Origin: Candidatus Heimdallarchaeota archaeon
GTDB lineage: Archaea > Asgardarchaeota > Heimdallarchaeia > JABLTI01
NCBI GenBank assembly: GCA_019058275.1
Contig: JAHLVW010000061.1
Location: forward strand, 38,004 to 102,003
Length of the DNA stretch: 64,000 nt
Direction: 5' to 3'
Shown piece by piece: positions 29,225 through 39,842 of the stretch (position 1 is its first letter; the number at the start of each line of letters is the position of its first letter). The notes below the pieces were generated by a model. That model saw nothing but the letters and a program-made list of their open reading frames with translations, had not been told where the DNA came from and did not search any database. The position numbers and the translations under genes are program-made.

Positions 29225-31210
29225 ATGCTAGAACTCGATAAAATAAATTTCAAGAAAATGGGATTCCTTGCTGGTTTGGAAGTCCACCATCAAATTGATA
29301 CTAAAAGAAAGCTATTTTGTAATTGTGAACCTATCCTCTGTGATGGTCAACCTGATTATCTTTTTGAAAGATATTTTCGTCCAGTACTGGGCGAAATGGG
29401 TGATTTTGATGCTGGCATGCTAATTGAATTTGAAAAAGGTTATCGAGTTATCTATCATGCTTTTGAAAAATCAGTTTGTTGTTATGAACAAGATGAGCAG
29501 CCACCATTTTGGCCAGACAACGAAGCAATGTATATGGGATATGAACTAGCTCATTGGCTAAATTTTTCAGCATTAGTAGATGAAGTAGTTGTCTCGAGAA
29601 AGCAGTATTTAGATGGATCAATTACAACTGGTTTTCAAAGAACCATGATTGTTGCTAGAGATGGCTGGATTCCAGTTAATGGAAAAAAGATTCGAATATC
29701 TAATCTTACTGTTGAAGAAGACGCTGCTAGGAAAATTAAAACTGAGAATTTTGGTCGAACAGTTTACTATAATTTAGACCGCTTAGGTATTCCATTAGTA
29801 GAGGTAATTACAGATCACAGAGATTGTGATAATCCTCATGATTTGCGACAATTAGCTGAATACATAGGATTAACATTGCGTTTGAATGAAATAGGACGAC
29901 GTGGAATTGGTTCTGTTCGTCAAGATGTTAATCTAAGTATTAAAGGTGGAAATCGTGTAGAAATAAAAGGTGTACAGGATCTTTATACATTTGATGAGCT
30001 TGCTCGTAGAGAAGTTGCTAGACAAGACATGTTAATTAAAATTGCAGGAATGTTAAAAGAAAGAGGTTTAACAAAAGAAGAACTTGAACATACTTACATT
30101 GATTTGACAGATAATTTTGATCCAAAAATTATTCCCAAAAATTACATCCTAATGGGCATACGTATACCCAAACTTGGTGGGATTTTAGGTTTGGAAATTC
30201 AACCTGATAAGGATTTTGGTCAAGATATCTTAGAAAAAACTGAATTAATTTCAGGAATTCCACGATGCTACCTTTTCCATTCAGATGAAATGAATCCAAA
30301 GGCATTTAGAAAAATACAACATGAGAAGAAGAGAGCAAATAAGGAGGAATTTAAAGAGAATTTCTTTTTCCAAAATCTATCAGCTGATTTAGATAAAAAG
30401 ATTAGAAAATCACTTAATTTGAAAAAAGATGATGCTTATTGTTTAGCTATGGGTCCACAAAAGTGGGTTATTCATGCCATGAAGAAAGTTATTGAAAGAA
30501 CAAAAATGGCTCTTGATGGTGTCCCCGAAGAAACAAGAAGATTTCTCCCAAATTGCAATACAGAATTTCTTAGGGTTATCCATGGAAAAGATCGTTTGTA
30601 TCCTGATACAGATACTCCTCCTATAGATATGGATATGGAGAAAGTTAAACATCTCAAAGAAAAAGTAGGTAAGAGACCTTGGGAGTATGTAAAAGAACTA
30701 GAAGAGAAATATGGTTTTTCATATGAACAAAGTGTCAAGCTTATTCGTCATGAAAGAGTAGAGGATATTGTTACACTTATTGAAAAGCATAAATTTGAAC
30801 CTAATCGTTGCTTTACTCTACTAGAAGAAATTTTGCTTTCACTAACTAGAGAGGGTTTAGATACAAAATCACTGACTATTGATAGGTTAACAGAGATTCT
30901 AGATGGATCCTATAAAGGAGACTATGATTTTAATCAGATTCCAAACATTTTGCGATTAATAATAAAGAATCCGAAAAAGAGATTGAAACAAGTCTTATCA
31001 GATTTGAAAATTAAAAAAACAACTGAAAAAGAAATCATACAATTTTATGAAGAGTCGGTTAAAGAAATACAAAAACACCCAAAAATGAAGGAATTCAAAA
31101 AAGAGGAGTTAGCGGAGAAAATTACAGGGATAATAATGAGAAGAATAAATGGGGCTTTTTCTGGGAAAAGAATTTACGAAATTGTTCTTTCAAAATTGGA
31201 GATAAAGTGA
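29225..31210 (+). CDS. gatE: Glu-tRNA(Gln) amidotransferase subunit E
   Basis: GLEVHHQ, KLFC, RKQYLDGSITTGFQRT, EEDAAR, LDRLGIPLVE, RQDVNLSI, GVPEETR, RLYPDTDTPP. Confidence 0.95.
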   Translation: MLELDKINFKKMGFLAGLEVHHQIDTKRKLFCNCEPILCDGQPDYLFERYFRPVLGEMGDFDAGMLIEFEKGYRVIYHAFEKSVCCYEQDEQPPFWPDNEAMYMGYELAHWLNFSALVDEVVVSRKQYLDGSITTGFQRTMIVARDGWIPVNGKKIRISNLTVEEDAARKIKTENFGRTVYYNLDRLGIPLVEVITDHRDCDNPHDLRQLAEYIGLTLRLNEIGRRGIGSVRQDVNLSIKGGNRVEIKGVQDLYTFDELARREVARQDMLIKIAGMLKERGLTKEELEHTYIDLTDNFDPKIIPKNYILMGIRIPKLGGILGLEIQPDKDFGQDILEKTELISGIPRCYLFHSDEMNPKAFRKIQHEKKRANKEEFKENFFFQNLSADLDKKIRKSLNLKKDDAYCLAMGPQKWVIHAMKKVIERTKMALDGVPEETRRFLPNCNTEFLRVIHGKDRLYPDTDTPPIDMDMEKVKHLKEKVGKRPWEYVKELEEKYGFSYEQSVKLIRHERVEDIVTLIEKHKFEPNRCFTLLEEILLSLTREGLDTKSLTIDRLTEILDGSYKGDYDFNQIPNILRLIIKNPKKRLKQVLSDLKIKKTTEKEIIQFYEESVKEIQKHPKMKEFKKEELAEKITGIIMRRINGAFSGKRIYEIVLSKLEIK

Positions 31211-31221
31211 TTTAACAGTAG

Positions 31222-32679
31222 GTGTGTATGTTGAGCGATAAAAAAGATTTAAGCAAAAAACAAAAACAAACAAGAGACCCAATGGGTTACAAAGGAAAGC
31301 TTCGTAAAAGACTAGAGATTGAAAAAGTTGGCGTATGGAGTCAAGTTCGAGTGAAAAAGGGAGATGCAAATTATGAAGGAGTTATACTCCCACGAAGTGA
31401 ACATACATCTGAAGGATACCTTGTGCTTAAAGTTGATACTGGTTACAATGTAGGGATAAAAATAACCGATGATACAACAATTGAAGAATACGGTTACAAA
31501 GAAGGGAAGTATAAACTACCAGATGTAGATGTGAAATTTAAAGAAGGTCTTCCAAATGTTACTCTTTTAGGAACTGGAGGAACAGTAGCCTCAAGATTAG
31601 ATTACAGAACCGGTGCAGTTCTACCTGCTTTTACTCCTGAGGAACTATTCAGTGCTGTTCCAGAATTAATCGATATATGCAACCTTACACCTAAGAAGAT
31701 TTATTCTTTACTTTCTGAAAATTTCCAGCCAGAGTACTGGGCGAAAACTGCTGAAGCTGTTATGAAGGAATTTGAAAGTGGTACCAATGGTGTTATTATT
31801 GGTCATGGAACAGATACAATGAGCTATACTGGTTCTGCTTTATCATTTATGTTCCAGAATCAAGCTGCTCCAATAGTTATTGTTGGTTCGCAAAGAAGTA
31901 GTGATCGACCATCAAGTGATGGACCACTTAATATCATAAATGCAAGTACAATTGCTGGGTATGTTGATCTTGCAGAAACAGTTGTTTGTATGCATGGTGG
32001 AACAAATGATTCTTACAATTTAATCCATAGAGGAACTCGAGTAAGAAAAATGCATTCTAGTAGGAGAGATGCTTTTAGAACACTAAGTGATATACCTTTA
32101 GGTGTTATTGATGCTAATCAGAAAGTAACTTTCTTGAAAGATGATGTCAAACGAAGAGGGGATATATCTGATATGTGGGTTGATACAAAAATAGATCCAA
32201 AAGTAGCAATGCTCTATTTCTATCCTGGCATGGATCCAGATATGCTTCATTCAGTAATTGATAATGAATATCATGGAGTTATTTTCATAGGAACTGGTTT
32301 AGGTCATGTAAATACAGATATGTATCCCGCTCTTGAACGTGCTCAAGAAGAAGAAATTCCGATTTGTATTGTGGTTGAGCCATTATATGGTTTCACTAAT
32401 TTACGGGTATATGAAACTGGTAGAGATATGTTAGCTCGTGGAGTTTTTGAGGGTGCTAATATGATACCATGTACTGCTTATGCTAAAATGATCTGGACAC
32501 TTGGTCATACTCGAGATGTTAAAGAAGTAGAAAAAATAATGACCACAAATATAGCTGGAGAGATTACTGATAGAGAACTAAATAAAGGCTATATGCTTAT
32601 GCAGGGTGTTGAACCTGGTTTAAATGATATACTAAAGCTAGTTGATCAAAATCCTAAAGAGCATCGTTGGGGAATCTGA
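31222..32679 (+). CDS. gatD: Glu-tRNA(Gln) amidotransferase subunit D
   Basis: TGGTVASRLDYRTG, HGTDTM, GSQRSSDRPSSD, RKMHSSRRDAF, GTGLGHV. Confidence 0.96.
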   Translation: MCMLSDKKDLSKKQKQTRDPMGYKGKLRKRLEIEKVGVWSQVRVKKGDANYEGVILPRSEHTSEGYLVLKVDTGYNVGIKITDDTTIEEYGYKEGKYKLPDVDVKFKEGLPNVTLLGTGGTVASRLDYRTGAVLPAFTPEELFSAVPELIDICNLTPKKIYSLLSENFQPEYWAKTAEAVMKEFESGTNGVIIGHGTDTMSYTGSALSFMFQNQAAPIVIVGSQRSSDRPSSDGPLNIINASTIAGYVDLAETVVCMHGGTNDSYNLIHRGTRVRKMHSSRRDAFRTLSDIPLGVIDANQKVTFLKDDVKRRGDISDMWVDTKIDPKVAMLYFYPGMDPDMLHSVIDNEYHGVIFIGTGLGHVNTDMYPALERAQEEEIPICIVVEPLYGFTNLRVYETGRDMLARGVFEGANMIPCTAYAKMIWTLGHTRDVKEVEKIMTTNIAGEITDRELNKGYMLMQGVEPGLNDILKLVDQNPKEHRWGI

Positions 32680-32718
32680 GTAATTTCATTAGACCTTATA
32701 AGAAAAATATTGTTGATG

Positions 32719-33396
32719 CTAATCCAAATAAGGTCTAGCATCAGCATCTTCACCCTTTTCTTTTGCTACTTTACGCCAATGTCTTGTGTTAATTTTCGTG
32801 ATTGGTTTCTTTAGAATCTTCCAATAAAACATTCCAGGTAAAACTCTCGGAGCCATATCTGGTAAATCTGTTTCTGATATAACAGCATCAGCTAAATTAT
32901 CCAAGATACCTCTCATAATATCTGCTTCTTTTCCAAGATCATGCATTTGTTTCCCCCATCTTCCTTTGAACATTTCTCCTGCTTCGACAGCAAGACTACC
33001 TGCCCACTTTAAACCGACAATTTCAGCAAATTTATGATAAATTGGGATTGCAGCAGCAGTAATTTGTGCTGATTCTGGAAGTCCACTATTAATAATTGGT
33101 ATGAATCGTTTTTCTTCTAAGTTCATATTCTTTGCAGCAATAAGTTCCATTAGTTTGATTATGATGTACGGCTGACAATCACCATAAAGTGGAGTTGTTA
33201 GAATGATAACATTGGAATCATTAATTTCATTCATCATTTGTTGAATTTTTTCATCACTTGCGAGTTGAGTTCTTACTATAAGAGTACTGGTATCAAGTCC
33301 TTTTTCTTGTAACTTATCTTCAAGATATTTCCCAAAACTAAATGAAGTACTCTTTTTCCCCCTTGGACTACCAATTAAGAACAATACTTTGGTCAT
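32719..33396 (-). CDS. NAD(P)H-dependent FMN reductase / flavodoxin-like protein
   Basis: IGSPRGKKSTS, TPLYGD, NSGLPE. Confidence 0.82.
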   Translation of the reverse strand: MTKVLFLIGSPRGKKSTSFSFGKYLEDKLQEKGLDTSTLIVRTQLASDEKIQQMMNEINDSNVIILTTPLYGDCQPYIIIKLMELIAAKNMNLEEKRFIPIINSGLPESAQITAAAIPIYHKFAEIVGLKWAGSLAVEAGEMFKGRWGKQMHDLGKEADIMRGILDNLADAVISETDLPDMAPRVLPGMFYWKILKKPITKINTRHWRKVAKEKGEDADARPYLD

Positions 33397-33977
33397 TTTT
33401 TCAACTCCATTTCATCTATCATCTGTTTTATTCTCTCCTGTTTTACTTCATCATCTTTTTGAAAAATGTAAGTTTTATATACAGGTGGAAAGTAATTCAG
33501 ACTATTTCGATAAACGAGTGTTCTAAATAATTGCTCTTCTTCCTTATCCGAGTTCTCAGAAATACCAATTGCAAGAATAGATGGATAACTGTCATATCTT
33601 TTTAGGTGATGTGATTCACCATTTATTATTTGAACGCCAGGATGCAAAGTTCCCAATAGACGTTCAATAATTTTTTTCAGTTCAGAAGAATAACCACCAA
33701 AGGTTATTGGAGTTAAAAAGACTAAAAGATTGCTATTAACAACTTTCTTTTTAATCTCTTCGCCAATATCACCTTTTACTCCAGTACATATTCCAGGAGT
33801 CGTGTCCCAACACTTAAAACAGCCAGTACAACTTATTATTTTAATTTGATTCATGATATATGAATCAGTTTTAATATTTTGAGTTTTAAATTCATGTTCC
33901 AATGCTTCTTGGATAGGTGCTAGTTGTGTTTGATGTTTTAAGCTGCCATTCAAAATAACTGCATTCAATTTAATCAT
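33393..33977 (-). CDS. Iron-sulfur flavoprotein-like flavodoxin
   Basis: ILNGS, CTGCFKCW..TPGIC, TPITFGGYS. Confidence 0.85.
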   Translation of the reverse strand: MIKLNAVILNGSLKHQTQLAPIQEALEHEFKTQNIKTDSYIMNQIKIISCTGCFKCWDTTPGICTGVKGDIGEEIKKKVVNSNLLVFLTPITFGGYSSELKKIIERLLGTLHPGVQIINGESHHLKRYDSYPSILAIGISENSDKEEEQLFRTLVYRNSLNYFPPVYKTYIFQKDDEVKQERIKQMIDEMELKK

Positions 33978-34203
33978 AGTGAGAAATAGATATTCAAATT
34001 TATGAGTCTTTTTCTTTAGAAATATTGGGAATAAATATCAGTTTTTAAATACATAGTTTAGGAAATTATTAATTAAGGATGATTTTTTGAAGAAAGTAAG
34101 AAAGAATGCTTTTAAGAGTAATAAATCTACGTTGAAGAGAAAATAGTTGGATAATATTAATACTATTTGAATTTCAAAACTAAAATTATGGGATGTTGAT
34201 AAA

Positions 34204-34686
34204 ATGGCACTAATAAGTGAGAAAATGAATGAAGCCTTGAATGAACAGATCAAGGAAGAATTGGAATCTGGATATCTATATCTAAGTATGTCATTTTGGT
34301 TACAAGAAAAAGCATTTGGCAATTTGGCACATTGGTACTATGTTCAAGCACAAGAAGAATATTCACATGCTAAGAAATTTATCGATTATATAATAGATGC
34401 TGGCGGAACTATTGAACTAAAAGAGCTTAAGAAACCAAAATCAGATTGGAAAACAATAAAAGAAATCATTGACGCAGGATTAGCTCATGAAAAACATATT
34501 ACAGGAAAAATTGAAGAGCTATGGAATTTAATGGAGAAATTGGGAGAATTACAACCAAGATCAATGTTAACATGGTTTATTGATGAACAAATCGAAGAAG
34601 AAGCTAATGCTCAAGAATTAATTGATAAATACACTGGTTTCAAGAATGATCAATTATTTGATCACCATACACACCGTCAAGAATAA
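34204..34686 (+). CDS. ftnA: Ferritin
   Basis: LNEQIKEELES.YLYLSM, QAQEEYSHA, HEKHIT, WFIDEQIEEE ferroxidase residues. Confidence 0.93.
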   Translation: MALISEKMNEALNEQIKEELESGYLYLSMSFWLQEKAFGNLAHWYYVQAQEEYSHAKKFIDYIIDAGGTIELKELKKPKSDWKTIKEIIDAGLAHEKHITGKIEELWNLMEKLGELQPRSMLTWFIDEQIEEEANAQELIDKYTGFKNDQLFDHHTHRQE

Positions 34687-34699
34687 ACAAATTTTTTTC

Positions 34700-34745
34700 T
34701 AGGTAAACGAATTATCATTCGTTTTCCTAATCTATTTCTTTTCTG
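34700..34745 (+). terminator. Hairpin plus T tract after ferritin
   Basis: TAGG-T-AAACGAAT / ATTCGTTT-T-CCTA stem (34700-34729) followed by TATTTCTTTTC. Confidence 0.55.
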
Positions 34746-34825
34746 TTTACTAACTAAACAAGATTTTTATTACTCAAATTCAGCTTTAAATTGATTTGAA
34801 TTCATCTAAAGGAATTTAGAATTTT

Positions 34826-37411
34826 ATGCCCGAACAACTATCCAAAGATGATATTGAAAACATCTACAAGAGTTATTATGCAGTTATATATGAAATGTGT
34901 ATAAATATAAGAACTCTCAGTTATGGCATTTCTATTGAACGATATTTACAACAGTTAGTATTCAGTATGTTCTTAACACCCATTTTCTTAAAAAATGGTT
35001 TGATATTAGATTCATCAAATAAAAAAATAAGTGTAGAGAAATTCCTTGAATTATTAAAAGGAAGCAGAGATATTCGTCGTGATTTTTTTAAATTGTTTAA
35101 TACTTTCAGAAGAGTCTATAAAAGAAAGAAATTTACTGTTAATAATCAGACTCTTTACTTCACTATTCCTTTTAAATTTGAGTTTCTAGATTCAGAAATA
35201 GATTATAGGTATGTAACTAATCTCTTGGGTGCTGATTGGAATGCTCTTCTTGAATTCGTAATTTGTGTATTAGAAAAGCATGGTGAGACTACAATTGAGG
35301 CATTTTCAACTATTTATGAAAGGAGTTTGAATCGGTTAGTAAATCTGACTGATGAAGATAACATAACTAAATCAAAAATAGATAATATATTAACAGAAAG
35401 AAGAAAGAAAGGAGTTTACTATACTCCACCTGAAATTACTTCATTCATGAATAAGATTTCTATTTTTTCATTTCTGGCAAATTTATCAAAAAATGATATC
35501 AAGACAATTAATGATCTAATTGAGATTAAAAATATAGAAACATTAGTTAATATTCAGGAGAAACTATCAGAGATTACAATTCTTGATCTTGCTTGTGGAT
35601 CAGGGGATTTTTTAATAAGTGCAGCCCAGCAATTATATGAAATATCACTTATTCTTAATGAAAAATTAAAACTAAATAAAGAAAAACATGAGATAAAGAA
35701 GTGGATTATCGAAAACAATCTATTTGGAGTAGATTTGCTTAAAGAAGCAATAGCTTTTGCGAAAGTAAGGTTATTCATATGGAGTATTAAAGATGTAATG
35801 AATGTAACAACAATATCAAGTTTATCGACTGATCTCTCCTATAATTTAGATTCAGGTAATAGCCTCATCGGATTAGCAAAGAATGAAATTATTTGGAAAA
35901 ATAATCTAGAAAAGGTAGATCCAGATTATTTGTCATTTATTAATAACCACTTCAAAAACAATAGGATTACAATGGAAGAATATCAATCTTTTCAACCATT
36001 TCATTGGAATCTGAAATTTAGACATGTAATCAAACAAGGAGGATTTGATATTATAATCAGTAATCCTCCATACATTGAAATTAAGAAATTCAGAAATGAA
36101 AGAGAAAAGAAAGTTTTATCTAAATTATATCTCTCCGCTTACAAATTGTATGATATTTCAATTTTATTTATTGAGCGAGGATTACAGCTACTGAAAGAAG
36201 ATGGTTTCTTGTCATTCATTATAACAAACAAATTTATTTCTACTGATTTTGGAAGAAGAATTAGAAATATGATTTTATCCAAAACAAAAATCCATTCAAT
36301 AATCGATGTATCATACTTGCCTATTTTTCAATCTACTGCAACTTATCCAATAATTTTCTCTATTCAAAAACCTGAACAAGATTCTGAAGTGAGTTCAATT
36401 TCATATAATAAAATAAAAATTGTTCCTAGGGTATATGAATTAGATAACTTACATGAGAAATATAATGATTATCTTACCATAAAGCAATCTGATTTTTCCC
36501 AATTTCCAAATGAAATATTTGTCTTAACTGAAAATTATGATTTTATTTCTAATATTGAAAATAATCCTGAAATTGTTAGATTGAATGATCTTGGTAAATT
36601 CAATTATCGAATTCTAGGTTTCACTAATTGGATAAAATTTCTTGAAAATATTAGCACTACGACCCAAAATGATAATGATTTGCCTTTTATTGGTACAACA
36701 AATATAGATAGTTATTTTGTGAATACCTCTAAAGAAATTAAACTCGCAAAAAAAAGAATAAAATCATCCTATCTACAATATCATGATTCATACCAGAAAC
36801 AATGGTCTGTTTTTAAAAAACCCAAGTTACTAATAAAAGAAATAGCAATAGCATTAACAGTTGCTTTTGATCCCGGAACATTCGCAAATGTTACAGGAAT
36901 TTATATGTTTATACCAGATAATCATGAGATACTCAAAACTTTGCTAGTAATATTGAATTCAAGATTAATTCAGAACTATTTCAAGATTCTTTATGGAAGT
37001 ACACACATGGCGGGAGGTTATCTTAGATTTAATGGAAGTTATTTGAAACAGATGCCAATTATTCTTCCAGACGATAGAAAACCATTTAACATAATTGCTG
37101 ATTACTTGATAATTCTCAAAAAGTTTATACTAGAAAACGCAAGTGAAGAAATTACTAAATATTACGATTTCTTTTCTAAAATAGCTGATATTTTGGTTAT
37201 CTCATTATATTTCCCCACGGAAATATCTATTAAGCTCTTACAATCGGTTATATCATCAATTGAACCAATTAAGGTAGATACTGATATTTACTCGAGTGAA
37301 ATTTTGAATGAAAGTTCGATTCTTAAAACTATCAAAACCTCATTTGATAAAATAAGTAATACCAATATCATGACTGACATTGAAAATGCAATTCAGTTAA
37401 TCAGCAATTAA
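34826..37411 (+). CDS. N6-adenine DNA methyltransferase (Eco57I/TaqI-like, with C-terminal TRD); no partner nuclease recognised
   Basis: GVYYTP, ILDLACGSGDFL, GNSL, FHW...GGFDIIISNPPY, TaqI-C-like LNS...GGYLRF..YLKQMPI. Confidence 0.88.
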   Translation: MPEQLSKDDIENIYKSYYAVIYEMCINIRTLSYGISIERYLQQLVFSMFLTPIFLKNGLILDSSNKKISVEKFLELLKGSRDIRRDFFKLFNTFRRVYKRKKFTVNNQTLYFTIPFKFEFLDSEIDYRYVTNLLGADWNALLEFVICVLEKHGETTIEAFSTIYERSLNRLVNLTDEDNITKSKIDNILTERRKKGVYYTPPEITSFMNKISIFSFLANLSKNDIKTINDLIEIKNIETLVNIQEKLSEITILDLACGSGDFLISAAQQLYEISLILNEKLKLNKEKHEIKKWIIENNLFGVDLLKEAIAFAKVRLFIWSIKDVMNVTTISSLSTDLSYNLDSGNSLIGLAKNEIIWKNNLEKVDPDYLSFINNHFKNNRITMEEYQSFQPFHWNLKFRHVIKQGGFDIIISNPPYIEIKKFRNEREKKVLSKLYLSAYKLYDISILFIERGLQLLKEDGFLSFIITNKFISTDFGRRIRNMILSKTKIHSIIDVSYLPIFQSTATYPIIFSIQKPEQDSEVSSISYNKIKIVPRVYELDNLHEKYNDYLTIKQSDFSQFPNEIFVLTENYDFISNIENNPEIVRLNDLGKFNYRILGFTNWIKFLENISTTTQNDNDLPFIGTTNIDSYFVNTSKEIKLAKKRIKSSYLQYHDSYQKQWSVFKKPKLLIKEIAIALTVAFDPGTFANVTGIYMFIPDNHEILKTLLVILNSRLIQNYFKILYGSTHMAGGYLRFNGSYLKQMPIILPDDRKPFNIIADYLIILKKFILENASEEITKYYDFFSKIADILVISLYFPTEISIKLLQSVISSIEPIKVDTDIYSSEILNESSILKTIKTSFDKISNTNIMTDIENAIQLISN

Positions 37412-37424
37412 ACAGCAAAATTAT

Positions 37425-38120
37425 TTATTCCTTTTTCATTGTATATTCCAATGTATAAATTGAATGAATATATGTTGTATCAAATACAGGAATATCACAG
37501 TCTTCTTGTGAGATTAATAATGGTATTTCAGTACAACCCAAAATTACTCCTTCTGCTCCAGCATTTTTGAGATTCTCTATAACAGCTAAATATTTCTGTT
37601 TAGATTCTTCATTCAAGACATGGTAGGTTAATTCTTTCCAAATAATATTATCTACTATTTGTTGATCCGCAGGTTCTGGTGATATAACATCAATTCCAAA
37701 TTCCTTCAAAGCCTTTGGATAAAAGTCACTTTGCATAGTAAATCTAGTTCCAAGCAAACCAACTTTTCTCAATTTCTTTTTGGCAATAGCTTTGGCAGTT
37801 GCATCCATGATACTTAAAATAGGAACATCTATTCGTTCAATTAATTTATCATATACTTTATGTGGAGTATTTGTAGCTATTATTAAAACCTCAGCATCTG
37901 CTTTTACAAGTCTTATTGCAGATTTTTCTAACTCATCTAAGACCTTATCCCATTCATTATTTGACATATAATAACCAATTTTACCTAAATCCAAACTATC
38001 AATAACCAACTCAGGAAATGAAATGCCACCCTTTAATTTATTATAGGTTCTAACAATGATTTTGTAATATTCAATCGTTGATTCCGCACTTAAACCACCA
38101 ATTATCCCAATTTTTCTCAT
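37425..38120 (-). CDS. Aspartate/glutamate racemase family (YgeA/RacX-like)
   Basis: IGIIGGLS.EST, ATNTPH, GLLGTRFTM, ILGCTEIPLL. Confidence 0.92.
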   Translation of the reverse strand: MRKIGIIGGLSAESTIEYYKIIVRTYNKLKGGISFPELVIDSLDLGKIGYYMSNNEWDKVLDELEKSAIRLVKADAEVLIIATNTPHKVYDKLIERIDVPILSIMDATAKAIAKKKLRKVGLLGTRFTMQSDFYPKALKEFGIDVISPEPADQQIVDNIIWKELTYHVLNEESKQKYLAVIENLKNAGAEGVILGCTEIPLLISQEDCDIPVFDTTYIHSIYTLEYTMKKE

Positions 38121-38141
38121 GTTTATCAGCTTAACCTGTAC

Positions 38142-38747
38142 TTACAATTTCCTATTATTAAAGATTTTAAGCTGCCATTTATCAGAACTGCTTTCCCTGT
38201 ATATTTCATTATAAGAACAATTATTGAACCACTCATCTCCTTCTGGGAATATATTCAAAATATAGTATAGAATATGATACAAAGTTCCACCATGACCAAC
38301 AACAAGTATTGTTTTATTTTCATCGTGAGAATTAATTATTTCCTCTAGTGATTCATTTATACGATTTTTCATATCGTTTACACTCTCACCTCCTGGAAAT
38401 TTCAAGTCATGTTCTTCAAAGACTTTTTCTCCATATTGCTTTTCTTCTTCTGTTAAATCATTAACATTTTTCCCTTGACGATTTCCTAAGTTCATTTCTC
38501 GTAATCGTTCATCATATTTCGAAACTTCTAATCTAAGAATTTTAATCAAAATTTCTGTTGTTCTCTTTGCTCTAGTTAAATCAGAAGAGTAAACTCCATT
38601 GTATGAGATATTGTCTTTTAACATTTGATGAGCTAATTCCTCAGCTTCTTTTTCTCCTTGTTCAGTCAAGGGATAGTCTTTGTGACCTTGGATTATTCTT
38701 AATTTATTAGCAGTGCTTTGACCATGTCTTACTAAAATTATTCTCAA
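38142..38747 (-). CDS. Histidine phosphatase (PGM family), copy A
   Basis: VRHGQS, YSSDLTRA, RLRE, GGES, VGHGG. Confidence 0.92.
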   Translation of the reverse strand: MRIILVRHGQSTANKLRIIQGHKDYPLTEQGEKEAEELAHQMLKDNISYNGVYSSDLTRAKRTTEILIKILRLEVSKYDERLREMNLGNRQGKNVNDLTEEEKQYGEKVFEEHDLKFPGGESVNDMKNRINESLEEIINSHDENKTILVVGHGGTLYHILYYILNIFPEGDEWFNNCSYNEIYRESSSDKWQLKIFNNRKL

Positions 38748-38894
38748 GTTATTTTCTCCAAGTAATTTAAGAATACGAAAATTCTATTCTCTATTTTATA
38801 ACTATATTCCAAAATCATATATTAGATACTACTTAATTAATTTTGTTTTTCATTTGTATCTGCATAATTATTCATTAATATGAAAAACATCTTA

Positions 38895-39518
38895 CTATAC
38901 TTGACGTTCTTTGTTATTAAACATAGTAAATTTCCAAGGATCATTTTGTGAATCCCTTTCGAGAATGTTCATCATACAACTCCCAAACCACTCCTCTCTA
39001 TCAGGAAATATATCTAAGATTCTTATTAAAATATGATATAATGTTCCACCATGACCAATAAGAAGTATAGTAGAATTTTCCGGATGATTTTCTACAATTT
39101 CAAAGAATGCTTCTTTTATCCGCATAGTCATTCCCTTGTTAGTTTCACCACCTGGGACTTTTAAATCTAAATCCACCAAAGTTGAATCAAGAAATTCTTT
39201 CTCTTCTTCTGTTAAATCAGCACGATATCTTCCTGTGAAAATTCCTGTATCTGCTTCTCTTAATCTTTTATCAAAAATAATGTCTTTAATACCAATTTCA
39301 TTACATACTATAGTTGCAGTTTCGGAAGCTCTTCTTAAATCAGAAGAATAGACAGCATCAAACTTAGTCCTTCTTTCCAAGAGTTTTTGTCCTAAAGCTT
39401 TGGCTTGCTCTCTACCTAAATCAGTGAGGGGATGAGCCAATTGACCAGCAACTATCTTGATTATATTTGCTTCACTTTGTCCATGTCTAACAAGTATAAA
39501 TCTCATAAGAAATCCCAA
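38895..39518 (-). CDS. Histidine phosphatase (PGM family), paralog B
   Basis: VRHGQS, YSSDLRRA, RLRE, PGGET, IGHGG. Confidence 0.92.
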   Translation of the reverse strand: MGFLMRFILVRHGQSEANIIKIVAGQLAHPLTDLGREQAKALGQKLLERRTKFDAVYSSDLRRASETATIVCNEIGIKDIIFDKRLREADTGIFTGRYRADLTEEEKEFLDSTLVDLDLKVPGGETNKGMTMRIKEAFFEIVENHPENSTILLIGHGGTLYHILIRILDIFPDREEWFGSCMMNILERDSQNDPWKFTMFNNKERQV

Positions 39519-39565
39519 GAATTTTAGAAAATGAATGCTTTAAGAAAGATTGCATTGATTGATGA

Positions 39566-39842
39566 TTAACTATTTTTACTTTCTTTGAAATCTTCTATTG
39601 ACTTTATTTTCAAGTCATCATTTTTACGTTTCATTTTCTTATAAAATCCAAGTTCATTCTCAAAAGGATTTACTGGGATTTTATATTTTTCAAAAACAAT
39701 AATTTTTTTACTTTTTAGAGAAGAGGATTTCAACCACTTTCCATCAGAGATTTTGTACTCTAAATCAGCCATTAGGTCAACTTGTATATTATCAATGATT
39801 AATCTACCAAACCAGGGACGATATTTTTCTGATTCACTATAA
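39566..39842 (-). pseudogene. 3' fragment of a nucleotidyltransferase-like gene
   Basis: YSESEKYRPWFGRLIIDNIQVDLMAD... matches the C-half of 42357..42824; truncated at the duplication junction. Confidence 0.85.
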
